A stretch of DNA of 64,000 bases from Acidobacteriota bacterium (GTDB lineage: Bacteria; Acidobacteriota; UBA6911; RPQK01), in assembly GCA_041946865.1 (NCBI GenBank), contig JBHGBF010000028.1:4257-68256 (forward strand), written 5' to 3'. The position numbers and the translations under genes were made by a program. The notes under the pieces were generated by a model. It worked only from the letters and a program-made list of their open reading frames with translations. It was not told the DNA's origin and ran no database searches. Each line of letters begins with the position of its first letter. Position 1 is the stretch's first letter. Positions 1-10,581 of this stretch are shown in pieces.

Positions 1-83
1 CATCGACAAATTACGGGAACTGCAACCGGCTTGCGGCTTGGCCGGCTCGGCACATACCATATAAGCTCTGTGATCAGGAAGGA

Positions 84-530
84 GTGCCTATGCTGAAACG
101 GATTTCCCCGCTGCTGAGCCCTGACCTTCTCGCCGTTCTGTGCCGCATGGGGCATGGGGATGAGATCGTGCTTGCCGACGCTCACTTCCCCGGTGAGACC
201 TACGGAAAACGAGTGATTCGCGCTGACGGAATCAGAATCGCTCCTCTGCTGGACGCCATTCTGCCGCTGTTCGAGCTGGACAGTTACGTGGATGCGCCCG
301 TCGTGATGATGACCCCGGTCCCGGGTGATCAGTTCGACCCGGCCGTGGAGCGCGAGTATCGCGCGGCAATCGACCGTCACGCCCCACAGACGCCAAAAAT
401 CGCGCGCATCGGCCGCGCCGAGTTTTACGAGCGCACGAAAGGGGTCTTTGCCGTCGTGATGACCGGTGAGACCGCCAAATACGGGAACATCCTGTTGAAA
501 AAGGGCGTCACGCCCTACCAGCAGGATTAG
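84..530 (+). CDS. RbsD/FucU family sugar mutarotase (D-ribose pyranase / L-fucose mutarotase)
   Basis: The 148-aa ORF has the family-typical N-terminus ('[13 protein letters not shown]') and size. A GGAAGGAG ribosome-binding site lies 6 nt upstream of the ATG. Confidence 0.8.
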   Translation: MPMLKRISPLLSPDLLAVLCRMGHGDEIVLADAHFPGETYGKRVIRADGIRIAPLLDAILPLFELDSYVDAPVVMMTPVPGDQFDPAVEREYRAAIDRHAPQTPKIARIGRAEFYERTKGVFAVVMTGETAKYGNILLKKGVTPYQQD

Positions 531-785
531 GTGTTGAAAAGGTCCTCGGACTGGCGGCGCGAACCGGGACGGGGACAGGTGATCATCGTCCGGTAGCGGA
601 TGACCCGACGCGCTCCGCTAGACCGACGTTCCGCTGTCCGCTTGTAGTTCCGCCTTCAGTCCGGTTTTTGCAAACGTAGATCCTACTATCGACATAGCTC
701 TGAAGAGCCCGCCAGAAGGCGTAGCTACGAACGGGTCAGGGAGCGGCAGAGGGAGGCCGGCGCCTTGTCAGGAGCCCTTCCCCGG

Positions 786-2915
786 TCAGTCCGTCGTCCC
801 GACCTGTGCCAGGCGCATCGGCATCGAGCGGAGCCGCAGGCCGGTCGCGGCAAACACGGCGTTGCCGATGGCCGGGGCCAAACCGATGATCGGGGTCTCG
901 CCTCCGCCCGCCGACGGGATGTCCGTCTTGTTCATCAAGTGCACGTCGATCTTCGGGACGTCCCTGAATCGGGGCGCCCGGTAGGCCGTAAAACTCCCGT
1001 TCAGGATCTTGCCATCCTCGAACTGGATTTCCTCGAACAGCGCGCCACCGAGCGCCATCATGATGCATCCCTGGACCTGGGACAGCAGTCCTGCCGGGTT
1101 GAGGATCGGCCCGCACTCAAACACCTCGCAAACTTCACGGACACGGATCTCAGCTGCCTTCCGGTCGATCGCAACCTCGACGCAGGTGGCGACCACCGAA
1201 TTCTTCTCAGTCCCGCAGGCCAGCCCTACTCCCAGCTCGGGCGTCACTTTTTTCACTCGCTCGGCCCAGCCGAAACGCTGTGAGGCTTCCTGCAGCACGG
1301 CGCGCAGCCGGGGGTTCTGCAAATGTTTCAATCTGAAGCTGAGCGTGTCAAGGCCAGAGGCGGCGGCCAGCTCGTCCATGAACGACTCACGGGCGAAATT
1401 GTTGCCCGTGGCGGCCAGGCATCGGTAGGAGCCCTGGGGCACAGGTGAATCGGAGCCGACCGGCACAATGCGGGTATTCGGCACCTCGTAAGGAGTCGCA
1501 ATGGCGGCAGGTCCTCCGTTGATATTGGTGAACTCCCAGGCGACCAGGGACTGATTGCGATCCAGGCCCGCCTTGCATTCAATGACCGCAGCGGGCCGGC
1601 AGTAAGCCCAGGTGAACTCCTCGTTGCGAGTCCAGCGGACCCAGACCGGACGGCCTGCGGCCTTCGCTATCCGGGCGGCCTCTACGGCGGCCTCCGCGCT
1701 ATGCTTGCCGCCAAATCCGCCGCCCATGTCCGGAATAATGACCCGGACACGCTCGGGGGGCACGCCACAGGCCTGTGCCACATCTCGTCTGGCGCGGAAC
1801 GGCCCGTCACATCCGGCCCAAACGGTCACCTTCCCGTCGCTGCTCCATTCCGCGACCGCGGCGCGCGGCTCCATTGGGGCGTGCTGAATGTAGGCCAGGG
1901 TATAAGTAGCGCTGACCGTTTTCGCGGCAGCGGCAAACCCTTGCTCAATGGATCCCGTGGCGTTTGGGCGGGCCCGGCTATAGTCAACGTGTTCCTTGAG
2001 ATAACTGTGCAGATTCCGGTTCGACACCGGACGCGGCGCAGTCTTCCACTTCGCTGTCTTGGCAACCGCCTCCAAGGCCTGGGTAGCACGATGCGATGAC
2101 GGGGCGGCCAATCCCACAAAACCGCCGTCGCGGACCACGACCACGTCTTTCATCGCTTGCGCCGGCGAAAGATCGATAGATTCGAGCGTAGCCCCATAGG
2201 CGGGCGCCCGCAAGACTCTGGCGTAGAGCATGTTCGGCCGGATGATGTCCGAAGGAAACTGGTGTCGGCCCGTTATCAGATCCTGAGCCCCCGGCTTGGG
2301 GATGGACTGACCGAGCACCTTCCAGTCGCTGACGGCCGTTACGGCGACGTTTGGCCTCACATTTCCGGCAAAAGCCGTGACCACTTCCCTGGATTTGGCA
2401 AGGTCGGCATACGTCATCGACTGCCCGGTGGACTTGTTGGTGATGACGCCGTTGTTCACCTCCAGGCTGGCCGGGTCGACCTGCCACTGGCGGGCGGCGT
2501 GCTCGGTCAACAGCACGCGAGCCGTGGCCGCGGCCTGACGCATTGGAGGCACGTTGGCCGGAGTCGTGCGGCTGCCGGCTGTAATGCCGTCATCAGGCAC
2601 AACGTCAGTGTCTGCCATGATCAGGCGGATTCGCTCCACCGGGACACGCAATTCTTCGGCCGCCGCCTGCGAAAGCTCCGTGCGAGGGCCCTGGCCTTCC
2701 TCTACCTTGCCGCTTAGCGCCGTGATCGTTCCGTCCTCGTTCAGGTGCACCCGCGCCACTATGCTCGTGTCCGGCGTGCCTCCAAAACCCTGCGCTAAGG
2801 CCCGCCGGTCCGTTACCGTGATCAGAATCCCGGATCCGAGAACCTGTAGAAAGCCGCGCCGGCTGAGAGAAGCGGCGTCTGTCTGAAGAAGCGAAATCGG
2901 TAGCTTGCTTTCCAT
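786..2915 (-). CDS. Molybdopterin-dependent oxidoreductase large subunit (xanthine dehydrogenase/aldehyde oxidase family, IorB/CoxL-like) with twin-arginine signal
   Basis: The ORF 786..2981 has xanthine-dehydrogenase-family (molybdopterin-binding) motifs throughout. I trimmed the start to the internal Met at 2915 ('MESKLPISLL...RRGFLQVLGSG', a TAT motif). A GGAGG site sits 9 nt upstream, and this start lies 5 nt downstream of the small-subunit stop. Confidence 0.8.
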   Translation of the reverse strand: MESKLPISLLQTDAASLSRRGFLQVLGSGILITVTDRRALAQGFGGTPDTSIVARVHLNEDGTITALSGKVEEGQGPRTELSQAAAEELRVPVERIRLIMADTDVVPDDGITAGSRTTPANVPPMRQAAATARVLLTEHAARQWQVDPASLEVNNGVITNKSTGQSMTYADLAKSREVVTAFAGNVRPNVAVTAVSDWKVLGQSIPKPGAQDLITGRHQFPSDIIRPNMLYARVLRAPAYGATLESIDLSPAQAMKDVVVVRDGGFVGLAAPSSHRATQALEAVAKTAKWKTAPRPVSNRNLHSYLKEHVDYSRARPNATGSIEQGFAAAAKTVSATYTLAYIQHAPMEPRAAVAEWSSDGKVTVWAGCDGPFRARRDVAQACGVPPERVRVIIPDMGGGFGGKHSAEAAVEAARIAKAAGRPVWVRWTRNEEFTWAYCRPAAVIECKAGLDRNQSLVAWEFTNINGGPAAIATPYEVPNTRIVPVGSDSPVPQGSYRCLAATGNNFARESFMDELAAASGLDTLSFRLKHLQNPRLRAVLQEASQRFGWAERVKKVTPELGVGLACGTEKNSVVATCVEVAIDRKAAEIRVREVCEVFECGPILNPAGLLSQVQGCIMMALGGALFEEIQFEDGKILNGSFTAYRAPRFRDVPKIDVHLMNKTDIPSAGGGETPIIGLAPAIGNAVFAATGLRLRSMPMRLAQVGTTD

Positions 2916-2920
2916 GGCCT

Positions 2921-3388
2921 TTACCTCCCCGCCTTCGCAGCTCGACGGACCGCATTCGTGATCTTGACGTAACCGTTGCACCGGCAGATGTTTCCGTTCA
3001 TGCCGGCGACGATCTCCTCGTCAGTGGGATCAGGCTTCTCACGAAGCAACGCAACCGCTGACAGGATCATGCCGGGAGTGCAGTAGCCGCACTGCATAGC
3101 TCCCTCCTCCAGAAACGCCTGCTGGACCGGGTGAAGCTTACCGTTCCCGGCAAGTCCTTCGATTGTGACGATCGATCTCCGGACCGCGGCCGATACCGGG
3201 AGGCGGCAGGAGAAAACGCGTTTTCCGTCTATCAGGACAACACAGGCGCCACAGCGCCCCTCGCCGCATCCGTACTTCGTCCCCGTCAGATGCAGGTCTT
3301 CCCGCAGGACATCCAACAGCTTGCGCTCCGGATCTGTGGTCACAGTCCTTTCCACACCGTTGACATTAAGCACGAGGGTCACATCCAT
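2921..3388 (-). CDS. (2Fe-2S)-binding small subunit of molybdo-oxidoreductase (IorA/CoxS-like)
   Basis: The 155-aa ORF carries the plant-ferredoxin-like cysteines 'CGEGRCGAC' and a second 'CGYCTPG...CRCNGY' cluster. An AAGGAG ribosome-binding site is present. It is translationally coupled to the large subunit. Confidence 0.85.
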   Translation of the reverse strand: MDVTLVLNVNGVERTVTTDPERKLLDVLREDLHLTGTKYGCGEGRCGACVVLIDGKRVFSCRLPVSAAVRRSIVTIEGLAGNGKLHPVQQAFLEEGAMQCGYCTPGMILSAVALLREKPDPTDEEIVAGMNGNICRCNGYVKITNAVRRAAKAGR

Positions 3389-3405
3389 GGGCAGACTCCT
3401 TGGGG

Positions 3406-4233
3406 CTATTTTAGTTCAGAAGGACACTCCAGCAGAGATTTCCACTGATTCTGCTCGAGGAAACTGCCGGGCACATTCGCTTCCATTTCCTGGAAGAGCG
3501 CAAAAGGCACCGAAACGGTGACCAGGCCTCTGCCCAGACGTTTGAGCTGGCGGCGGGCGGAGATGTCATTGAGGCCGACGACGGCGCGCGGAGTCGAGGA
3601 ACGGGCCTCTCTGTAAGTGAAGATCCCGATCGACTGGCAGCCGGCGGCATGGGGGATAATCGCGTTTTCGCTGTCAGGACGGTCGTAGTTGGCCATGACG
3701 ACCAGTGCAGACATCTGGTCGGCATCAGCCAGGAATACGACCACGACGGGCTGTTCGTCCTTCTCGAGCTGCTGCAACTGCTTAAAAACGACGTACCGGG
3801 CGGGGACATCCATGATCGGCAGGCTGCTCTCCACCCAATGCTTCACCAGTTCGGGCGTCTTCCGGTAACGCTCGCCGTGCAGAAAGTGCTCCCGCAACTC
3901 GCCTCGCATCCACGAGGCACACTGGTCCGCGATCGCTTTTCCCGCCTTAGACTTCTCGTTTCCGTCCGACAAGAACCTGCAGAAAGAACTCACGCCGCCG
4001 GGAAAGCCGACATAGGCATTCCCAAAGCCGAGGCCGACGCCGCCACCCCAGCATCCGAAACTCCCTCGGCTGAAGGCGGCAACACGGCCGCGTTCGGCCA
4101 CAGTCCCGAAAATCGCCATCACGCAGCCCCATCTTCCTTCGGCAAAGAACAGCGCATTCGCGGGACGGTCGTCCGTCCAGAGGATGGCGACGGGCTGGTA
4201 TTTCAGTTTCAAGGCTCGGGCGAGAAGGCTCTC
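3406..4233 (-). CDS. DUF169 (COG2043) family protein
   Basis: The ORF 3406..4572 matches the DUF169 N-terminus from the internal Met 'MESLLARALKLKYQPVAILWTDD...GRWGCVMAI'. The 113-aa upstream extension is low-complexity and was rejected. Confidence 0.6.
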   Translation of the reverse strand, partial: ESLLARALKLKYQPVAILWTDDRPANALFFAEGRWGCVMAIFGTVAERGRVAAFSRGSFGCWGGGVGLGFGNAYVGFPGGVSSFCRFLSDGNEKSKAGKAIADQCASWMRGELREHFLHGERYRKTPELVKHWVESSLPIMDVPARYVVFKQLQQLEKDEQPVVVVFLADADQMSALVVMANYDRPDSENAIIPHAAGCQSIGIFTYREARSSTPRAVVGLNDISARRQLKRLGRGLVTVSVPFALFQEMEANVPGSFLEQNQWKSLLECPSELK

Positions 4234-4478
4234 CATGGGCGCCGGATTGTAACACAAATGCCTTATTTCACTCGGATAGTCACTTGACAACTGGAACAGG
4301 CTGAGAAATGTTGAGCTGACAAACGAGGGAAGCTTCGGGACACCTGCCCAACCGGCGAGTTGTGAGCGAGTCCCGGCTGGGCGAATTGCAAAACTTTGCG
4401 CCACCGAGTCGACGGGAAAGCGGGCTGCGCTTTGCCATCCCTCGCCACTGGTCCGTTCGGCGGCGGCGAGCGAATTGA

Positions 4479-5207
4479 GTGGAGACCTGGGCGGACCCTC
4501 AGACCCGTGAGGCGCTGATCCACGCATCCGGTGACAGTCGCCGCCTGGTTCGTGTCCGTGCGGCGGCGGCACTCGCCGAATGCCCTGCTAATCTGATTCC
4601 TGAGAGGTCGCGACCGAACGTCGAAGCGGCTCTGAACGAGCTCGAAAAGGCGCTCCGATCGCGACCGGACGACTGGGCGTCAAACTTCGACCTGGGCAAT
4701 TTCTACCTGGACCGGGGCCGGCTGAGCGAGGCCCGGCTGTCCTTCGAGCGCGCTACTCGGCTGCGCCCCGACACACTCATGCCGTGGGTCAATCTTTCGA
4801 TCACCTGTGCCCGGTCGGGCGACAATTTGGGCGCTGGCCAGGCGTTGCGCAGGGCGCTCCAAGTACAACCGGACAGCCCCGTCGCCAATTTCAATCTTGC
4901 GCTTTTGAAGGCTGAAGACGGTGAAACCGCCGAGGCTGAAAGGCTCTTACGGCAAGTTCTGAAAAGTGAGCCGGGGATGCATCAAGCAGCCTACAACCTG
5001 GCGGTTCTACTCGGCGAAAGAAAAGACTACCGCCAGGCGGTTCTCTGGTGCCGGCGAGCCGTGGCCTTGTGTCCGGAAGAAGGGCGCTACCGCGAGACTC
5101 TGGCCCTCTACCTCCAGCGAACAGGCCTGTCTACGCCCCCACCAACACGTCGTCAAGACGGACCGGGCGGTGTTCCCGATGGGACTGGGCGGCGGCCAGG
5201 GCCGTGA
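4479..5207 (+). CDS. HEAT/TPR repeat protein
   Basis: The 242-aa ORF has an N-terminal HEAT-like 'RLVRVRAAAALAE' segment followed by TPR-like 34-aa repeats. Its low-complexity C-terminus overlaps the convergent iolG-like gene by 77 nt. Confidence 0.45.
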   Translation: METWADPQTREALIHASGDSRRLVRVRAAAALAECPANLIPERSRPNVEAALNELEKALRSRPDDWASNFDLGNFYLDRGRLSEARLSFERATRLRPDTLMPWVNLSITCARSGDNLGAGQALRRALQVQPDSPVANFNLALLKAEDGETAEAERLLRQVLKSEPGMHQAAYNLAVLLGERKDYRQAVLWCRRAVALCPEEGRYRETLALYLQRTGLSTPPPTRRQDGPGGVPDGTGRRPGP

Positions 5208-6156
5208 CGACCGCCATGCGGGCATCTTCGCCGGTAACGGGCTCGGGAGCGTCGCGAAGAATGGCGTCGGTAAACGCCGACAATTCGGCCACGAAGCTGT
5301 CCGAGTACCGATCCATGAAGGAGCTCAAAGGGACATCGCGTCTGACGCCGCTGCTGTCACAGACAATAGCCTGGTTGGGATAGCTATTCAGCGTCATAAT
5401 CGATCCCCGGCTGCCGAAAACCTCAACCCGCTGATCGACCCCGTAGGCGGTTTGCCGGCTGTTGTCGATCGACCCGATGACGCCGTTAGCAAATCGCAGC
5501 ATGATCATCGCGGTATCGACGTCGCCTGCCCGGCCGATCCTCGGGTCGATTCGAACGCTCGCCGCTGTAAAGACCTCTTCGACTTCCGCGCCGATCAGAT
5601 AGCGGGCCATGTCGAAGTCGTGAATCGTCATGTCCAAGAACAATCCGCCGGAGGTTCGGATGTATTTTATCGAAGGTGGAGCCGGCTCCCGACTGACGAT
5701 GTGCAGCAGTGAGGGTTCGCCGATCTCCTGGGACACGATTGCTTCGCGCACGCGCTTGAAGCTCGGATCGAAACGCCGGTAAAAGCCCACCTGAAACTTC
5801 ACGCCGGCCTTCGCCACGACCTGCAGCGTTTCGCCGATCTCCGCCAGCGAGTGAGAGATCGGTTTGTCACACAAGACATGCTTTCCGGCAAGGGCGGCCT
5901 GCCGAGAAATGACCGCCTGGGTGGCAATTGGAGTGCAGACCAGGACAGCCTCGATGCCTGGATCGCTAAGGGCGTCCTGGTAGTCATCCGATACCCGCGG
6001 GACATCAAACAAGCCCGCCAGGCGCTGGGCCGCCTCGTAATCGGTGTCGACGACCAGCGACAGCGTGGCGCTGGGGATGCGCTGCGCAAGGTTCTGGGCA
6101 TGGATCCGACCCGTGCGCTCGGCGCCGATCAGTGCGACGTTGATTCCATCCGGCAT
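5131..6156 (-). CDS. iolG: Gfo/Idh/MocA family oxidoreductase, inositol 2-dehydrogenase-like
   Basis: A Rossmann N-terminus 'VALIGAERTGRIHAQNL' and a Gfo/Idh/MocA C-terminal domain are present. It is the last gene in the minus-strand iolD-iolB-mmsA cluster. A GGAAG ribosome-binding site precedes the ATG. Confidence 0.7.
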   Translation of the reverse strand: MPDGINVALIGAERTGRIHAQNLAQRIPSATLSLVVDTDYEAAQRLAGLFDVPRVSDDYQDALSDPGIEAVLVCTPIATQAVISRQAALAGKHVLCDKPISHSLAEIGETLQVVAKAGVKFQVGFYRRFDPSFKRVREAIVSQEIGEPSLLHIVSREPAPPSIKYIRTSGGLFLDMTIHDFDMARYLIGAEVEEVFTAASVRIDPRIGRAGDVDTAMIMLRFANGVIGSIDNSRQTAYGVDQRVEVFGSRGSIMTLNSYPNQAIVCDSSGVRRDVPLSSFMDRYSDSFVAELSAFTDAILRDAPEPVTGEDARMAVVTALAAAQSHREHRPVRLDDVLVGA

Positions 6157-6212
6157 AATTCTTCCGTTTCAGGTTCAACCTTACTCAGCGCCTCTTTGCG
6201 TGGTTTCTGGCT

Positions 6213-7703
6213 TCAGAATTTTCGCGACCATTCGGGGAGCCAGCGCTCGATGACCACCTTGGTCTGAGTGAAGAACTCGACGGCATGCTTGCCCTGCGCA
6301 TGCAAAGTCCCGAAGAAGCTGTTCTTCCATCCGCTGAAAGGGAAAAACGCCATAGGTGCAGCCACGCCGATATTGATCCCGACGTTGCCGGCCTGTGCTT
6401 CATAGCGGAACTTGCGGGCGGCGGCTCCGCTGATCGTGAACAAGCAGGCCATGTTCCCATACTCGCCGCTGTTAACCAATTCAATGGCTTCCTCGACTGT
6501 CCGGACATGCATCAGACCGAGCACGGGGCCAAAGATTTCCACGGTCGCCAGGATCCCGCCCGGTCGAATGCCCTCGAGCACGGTGGGACGCAGGAAATTG
6601 CCTCTTTCATAACCGGGAATCACGACTTCCCGGCCGTCGACCACAATCTCTGCCCCCTCCTCCAGACCCTTACCGATCGAGTTGGAAATGCGCGCTTTGC
6701 TTTCCGGGCTGATGACAGGGCCCATCTGCACGCCCGGATCCAGGCCGTACCCCACCACCCGGCTCGCGGCAGCCTCAGCGAGCGCTGGCCGGAAAATGCG
6801 GTCGGCTTCCCCCACGGTAATCGCCAGCGAGGCCGCCAGGCACCGTTGCCCGGCGTTCCCGAAGGCACTATCGGCAATGATGCCCGTGGTTATCGCCACG
6901 TCGGCGTCAGGCAGGACGATCAGGGCATTCTTGGCTCCTCCCTGCGCCTGTACCCGCTTGCCGTTTGCGGCGGCGCGAGCATAGACATGCCGTGCCACCC
7001 GGGTCGATCCCACAAAGGTCACGGCCTGAACCGCCGGATGATCAAGCAGCGCATTAACCGTGTCCGCGCCACCGTTCAGGAGATTCACGACTCCCGCGGG
7101 AAACTCCGTTTCCTCCACCAGACGAAACACTTTCTGCAGCGTGATCGGGGTCCGTTCCGAAGGCTTGACAATGACCGTATTACCGCAGGCCAGGGCGTAA
7201 GGCAGATACCAGAAAGGAATCATGCCGGGGAAGTTGAACGGGCAGAGGATGGCGGCCACGCCGACCGGTTGGCGGATCATGTACTCGTCCACACCCGGCG
7301 CCGCGTCCTCGCAAAAGTCACCCATCATCAGGCTGGGAATCCCGCAGGCCACTTCGACATTCTCGATGGCCCGGCGCATTTCGCCGCGCGCCTCGTCAAG
7401 GGTCTTGCCGTTTTCCATCGTGATCGTGCGCGCCAGATCCTCGAAGTTGGCCTCGAGCAGGGCTTTCAGTTTGAACAGAAACTGAATTCGGGTGGGGGCG
7501 GGGACTCGTCGCCAGGCAGGGAAGGCGGCCTCGGCGTGACGGACCGCCCGGTCGACCTCTGGGGCAGGCGTGAGCGGGACACAGCCGAGCAGGTCGGCCG
7601 TGGCGGGGTTACTGACCTGCAGATATTCCGCGCCTCCGGGCTCCACCCAGGCACCGTTCACGTAATTGAGAAGGTTGGTTTGACTAAGCATGGCTTTTGT
7701 CAT
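6213..7703 (-). CDS. mmsA: CoA-acylating methylmalonate-semialdehyde dehydrogenase (IolA/MmsA)
   Basis: This is an aldehyde dehydrogenase family protein ('NYVNGAWVE', catalytic-region 'FGNAGQRC'). I trimmed the start from 7871 to the Met at 7703 to give the typical ~497 aa. Confidence 0.85.
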   Translation of the reverse strand: MTKAMLSQTNLLNYVNGAWVEPGGAEYLQVSNPATADLLGCVPLTPAPEVDRAVRHAEAAFPAWRRVPAPTRIQFLFKLKALLEANFEDLARTITMENGKTLDEARGEMRRAIENVEVACGIPSLMMGDFCEDAAPGVDEYMIRQPVGVAAILCPFNFPGMIPFWYLPYALACGNTVIVKPSERTPITLQKVFRLVEETEFPAGVVNLLNGGADTVNALLDHPAVQAVTFVGSTRVARHVYARAAANGKRVQAQGGAKNALIVLPDADVAITTGIIADSAFGNAGQRCLAASLAITVGEADRIFRPALAEAAASRVVGYGLDPGVQMGPVISPESKARISNSIGKGLEEGAEIVVDGREVVIPGYERGNFLRPTVLEGIRPGGILATVEIFGPVLGLMHVRTVEEAIELVNSGEYGNMACLFTISGAAARKFRYEAQAGNVGINIGVAAPMAFFPFSGWKNSFFGTLHAQGKHAVEFFTQTKVVIERWLPEWSRKF

Positions 7704-7731
7704 TTGGGTTTTTGATCCGAAGCGGTTGCCG

Positions 7732-9630
7732 CTACTCCCCCGCCTCGAAGAAGTATCTCTCCTTCTTGCGCATTTCTTCCCAGGCCTTCCTGGCTTCCCG
7801 CACTCCGGGCATCTCGCTGACCTCAGCGACGTGGACGTCCCACCAGCTCTCGTACCCGGGCACCCCGACATAGCGGTCGCTGTTGATCGTGATCACCGTA
7901 GTCCGGTCGGTCTTCCTGGCTTCTTTCAAGGCGGAGGCCAGGTCCTGGTAGGTCAGGCAAGGAATGACGTGGGCGCCCAGGCTGCGGGCATTAGCGGCAA
8001 AATCGATCAGAAGAGGCTCGACCTCCTCGCCGGCGGAGTCTCCGGGCAAGACACCGTCTTTCCTATACGCGTACCGCGTCCCGAAGCCGTCCTGGCCGAG
8101 CGAGCGGCTCAAGCCTCCGATGCTTTTGAACCCCCCATTGTCAATCAGAACCACGATCAGCTTGTAACCTTCCTGGATCGAGGTGGCGAGATCGGACGAG
8201 AGCATGAGGTAGCTGCCGTCACCCACAATCACGTACACGTCTCGCTCCGGCGCCGCCATCTTCGCGCCCAGGCCTCCGGCGATCTCATAGCCCATGCAGC
8301 TGTAGCCGTACTCCATATGGAAATTCTTGGAGTGGCGCGCCCTCCAGAGCTTATGCAAATCTCCCGGAGCGCTGCCGGCGGCATTGATCATGATCGCATC
8401 CGGACCTGATAGCTCGTTGACGGCTCCCAGAATCTCGCCCTGGCTCGGCAAGGGCTCGTTTCGTATACCGTAAATCCGATCGACCTCTGCCTCCCACTCG
8501 TCGTGCAGGCGGCAGCTCTCCAGGCGGTACTGCCCGTCAACCTGCCAGCCCTCCAGCAGGCTGCCCATTTCCTGTAACGTCACGCGGGCATCCCCGATCA
8601 GGCACAAGGCAAAGTGTTTTCCGGCATCGAAACCGGTTACGTTGATATTAATAAAGCGAACGGCTGGGTTCTGAAACGCGGTCTTGGAGGCGGTGGTGAA
8701 ATCGCTATAGCGGGTTCCGACGCCGATGATCAGGTCCGCATCACGGGCGATCCGATTGGCGGCCAGCGTCCCGGTCACTCCGACAGCGCCCAGGTTTAAC
8801 GAATGGTCGTAACGAAGGCTTCCCTTCCCGGCCATCGTCTCGCCCACGGGAATGCCGGTTCGGTCGACCAGCTCGCGCAGCGTTTCGGTCGCGTCCGAGT
8901 AAATCACCCCGCCCCCGGCAATCAGCATGGGGCGACGGCTCGCCCGGATCAGCTCCACGGCGCGCACGATCGCCTCGCGGTCAGGCCGATTACGCGGAAT
9001 CCTCCACACCCGGCGGCGAAAGAACGCTTCCGGGTACTCGAACGCCTCCGCCTGAACGTCCTGGGGTAGCGCGAGGGTCACAGCGCCGGTCTCAGACGGG
9101 CTTGTCAGGACGCGCATCGTCTCCGGCAACGCGGTCAGAAGCTGGTCGGGACGGTTGATGCGGTCCCAGTACCGGCTCACCGGCTTGAAACAGTCGTTCA
9201 CCGAGATGTCCTGGCTCTGCTCCCACTCGAGCTGCTGCAGGACGGGCGCAACGTTGCGCCGGGCAAAAATGTCGCCGGGAAGGAGAAGGACCGGAAGGCG
9301 GTTGATCGTAGCGACAGCCGCACCGGTGATCATGTTCGTGGCGCCGGGACCGATGGAGGAAGTGCAAACCAGCGTCTGAAGCCGGTTCTTCACCTTCGCA
9401 TAGGCGACCGCGGTATGCACGGCCGCCTGCTCGTTCCGTGACTGGTAATAGCGGAAATCAGGCATCTGCTGCAAAGCCTGGCCAATACCGGCGATGTTGC
9501 CATGCCCGAAAATGCCGAAGCACCCGGCGAAAAACGGCACTTGTACGCCATCACGTTCGACCTGCTGTTGTTTCAAGAAAGCAAGGAGGGCCTGGGCCAT
9601 AGTCAGGCGCCGAGTCGCAGGCGCGGTCAT
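7732..9630 (-). CDS. iolD: 3D-(3,5/4)-trihydroxycyclohexane-1,2-dione acylhydrolase (TPP enzyme)
   Basis: The 632-aa protein has the thiamine-pyrophosphate enzyme fold ('[15 protein letters not shown]' N-terminal domain and a 'GDGSYLM' TPP-binding motif). It overlaps iolB by 4 nt. Confidence 0.8.
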   Translation of the reverse strand: MTAPATRRLTMAQALLAFLKQQQVERDGVQVPFFAGCFGIFGHGNIAGIGQALQQMPDFRYYQSRNEQAAVHTAVAYAKVKNRLQTLVCTSSIGPGATNMITGAAVATINRLPVLLLPGDIFARRNVAPVLQQLEWEQSQDISVNDCFKPVSRYWDRINRPDQLLTALPETMRVLTSPSETGAVTLALPQDVQAEAFEYPEAFFRRRVWRIPRNRPDREAIVRAVELIRASRRPMLIAGGGVIYSDATETLRELVDRTGIPVGETMAGKGSLRYDHSLNLGAVGVTGTLAANRIARDADLIIGVGTRYSDFTTASKTAFQNPAVRFININVTGFDAGKHFALCLIGDARVTLQEMGSLLEGWQVDGQYRLESCRLHDEWEAEVDRIYGIRNEPLPSQGEILGAVNELSGPDAIMINAAGSAPGDLHKLWRARHSKNFHMEYGYSCMGYEIAGGLGAKMAAPERDVYVIVGDGSYLMLSSDLATSIQEGYKLIVVLIDNGGFKSIGGLSRSLGQDGFGTRYAYRKDGVLPGDSAGEEVEPLLIDFAANARSLGAHVIPCLTYQDLASALKEARKTDRTTVITINSDRYVGVPGYESWWDVHVAEVSEMPGVREARKAWEEMRKKERYFFEAGE

Positions 9631-10538
9631 AGTTTTCTTGCCTCCGTCAGGTTATAGACAGGCACCCGCGGGTCAGGGCTTGCGTACGAACCCTTCACCC
9701 ACGCGTACTGGGGGTCGTCAGTCGCGGCCAGGCTCTGGGCGCTGCCCGCCAGGACGTTCAGATAGTAGGTGGTGTAACCAACCGGGCTTGAAACGGGATG
9801 ATAGCCTTCCGGGATCAGCACGACATCATGGTCGCGGGCCGTGACCGTGGCGTCGATCGGGCGTCCTGCCAACTGCAACGGCGAATCCGGCCCCGTGTAG
9901 ACCCGCTGCAGGGCGTAGCCCCCCGGCCGGTCGAACCGGTAGTAGTAGATCTCGTCCAGATCAGCTTCGACCAGGGCGCCGGCGGCGTCTTCCCGATGGC
10001 GGTCGTGCTTGTGCGGGGGATAGCTCGACCAGTTTCCGCCGGGCGTGTAGACCTCGACCACCACGAGCCGTTCGGAAGGAAATCCCGGCGGCATGATGTT
10101 GTTGATCTGGCGTGTGGCATGGCCCCCGCCGCGGATTTCGACGCCCACCTGATCGGGAGTCACCAGGTGAGGGGGGAAGCTCGATCCCGCCGCGGCAGAA
10201 GCGATGGCCCATTCGCAGGGGGTAACGGCGCCGACGCAGAACGTGGTGTACGGCGGCAAATAGAGGGCGTAGGGAAGACCGGCGAAGACATCCGGACGCC
10301 GGCCTGCTCCGTGCCAGTCTCCGCGGTTCGAGCTGACATCAAGCACCCCACTGAGCACTACCAGGGCCAGTTCCTGCCCGCCCGTCTCGGACTGCCATTG
10401 TCCACCGGCGGCCAGTCGTCGGACCTGGAACCAGAGCGTATCCCAGCCCGCCTCTTCCGGGCGCACCTCGACAATCACGGCCGGGTCGTCGGATCGGCCG
10501 GGATGAATCATGAGGTTCGTGGAGTCGTACTGTTTCAT
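9627..10538 (-). CDS. iolB: 5-deoxy-glucuronate isomerase
   Basis: The 303-aa cupin-fold protein has the IolB-like 'YPPHKHDRH' metal-binding motif and sits within the iol cluster. Confidence 0.75.
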   Translation of the reverse strand: MKQYDSTNLMIHPGRSDDPAVIVEVRPEEAGWDTLWFQVRRLAAGGQWQSETGGQELALVVLSGVLDVSSNRGDWHGAGRRPDVFAGLPYALYLPPYTTFCVGAVTPCEWAIASAAAGSSFPPHLVTPDQVGVEIRGGGHATRQINNIMPPGFPSERLVVVEVYTPGGNWSSYPPHKHDRHREDAAGALVEADLDEIYYYRFDRPGGYALQRVYTGPDSPLQLAGRPIDATVTARDHDVVLIPEGYHPVSSPVGYTTYYLNVLAGSAQSLAATDDPQYAWVKGSYASPDPRVPVYNLTEARKL

Positions 10539-10581
10539 GGCACAACTGAAGGAGGAAGCCGCCTCGCACGCGCGTCAGCCT

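Noticed and set aside
3406-4572. The 388-aa version of the DUF169 gene.
   Set aside because: The first 113 aa are low-complexity (Pro/Gly/Ser/Arg) and unrelated to DUF169. The family N-terminus starts at the internal Met (4233).
6285-7715. A 476-aa plus-strand ORF, together with similar long ORFs at 13309..14580 (+), 16625..17518 (+), 18643..20625 (-), 23977..25041 (+), 33791..34765 (+), 46430..47842 (+), 51627..53075 (-), 55068..56255 (+) and 63067..63987 (-).
   Set aside because: Each lies antisense to a gene with strong family signatures (mmsA, pntB, MFS, GH116, M1-like, proline dehydrogenase, cytochrome-TPR, CRTAC1, ABC-F, GGT). They are Arg/Pro/Gly-rich low-complexity translations typical of high-GC antisense frames.
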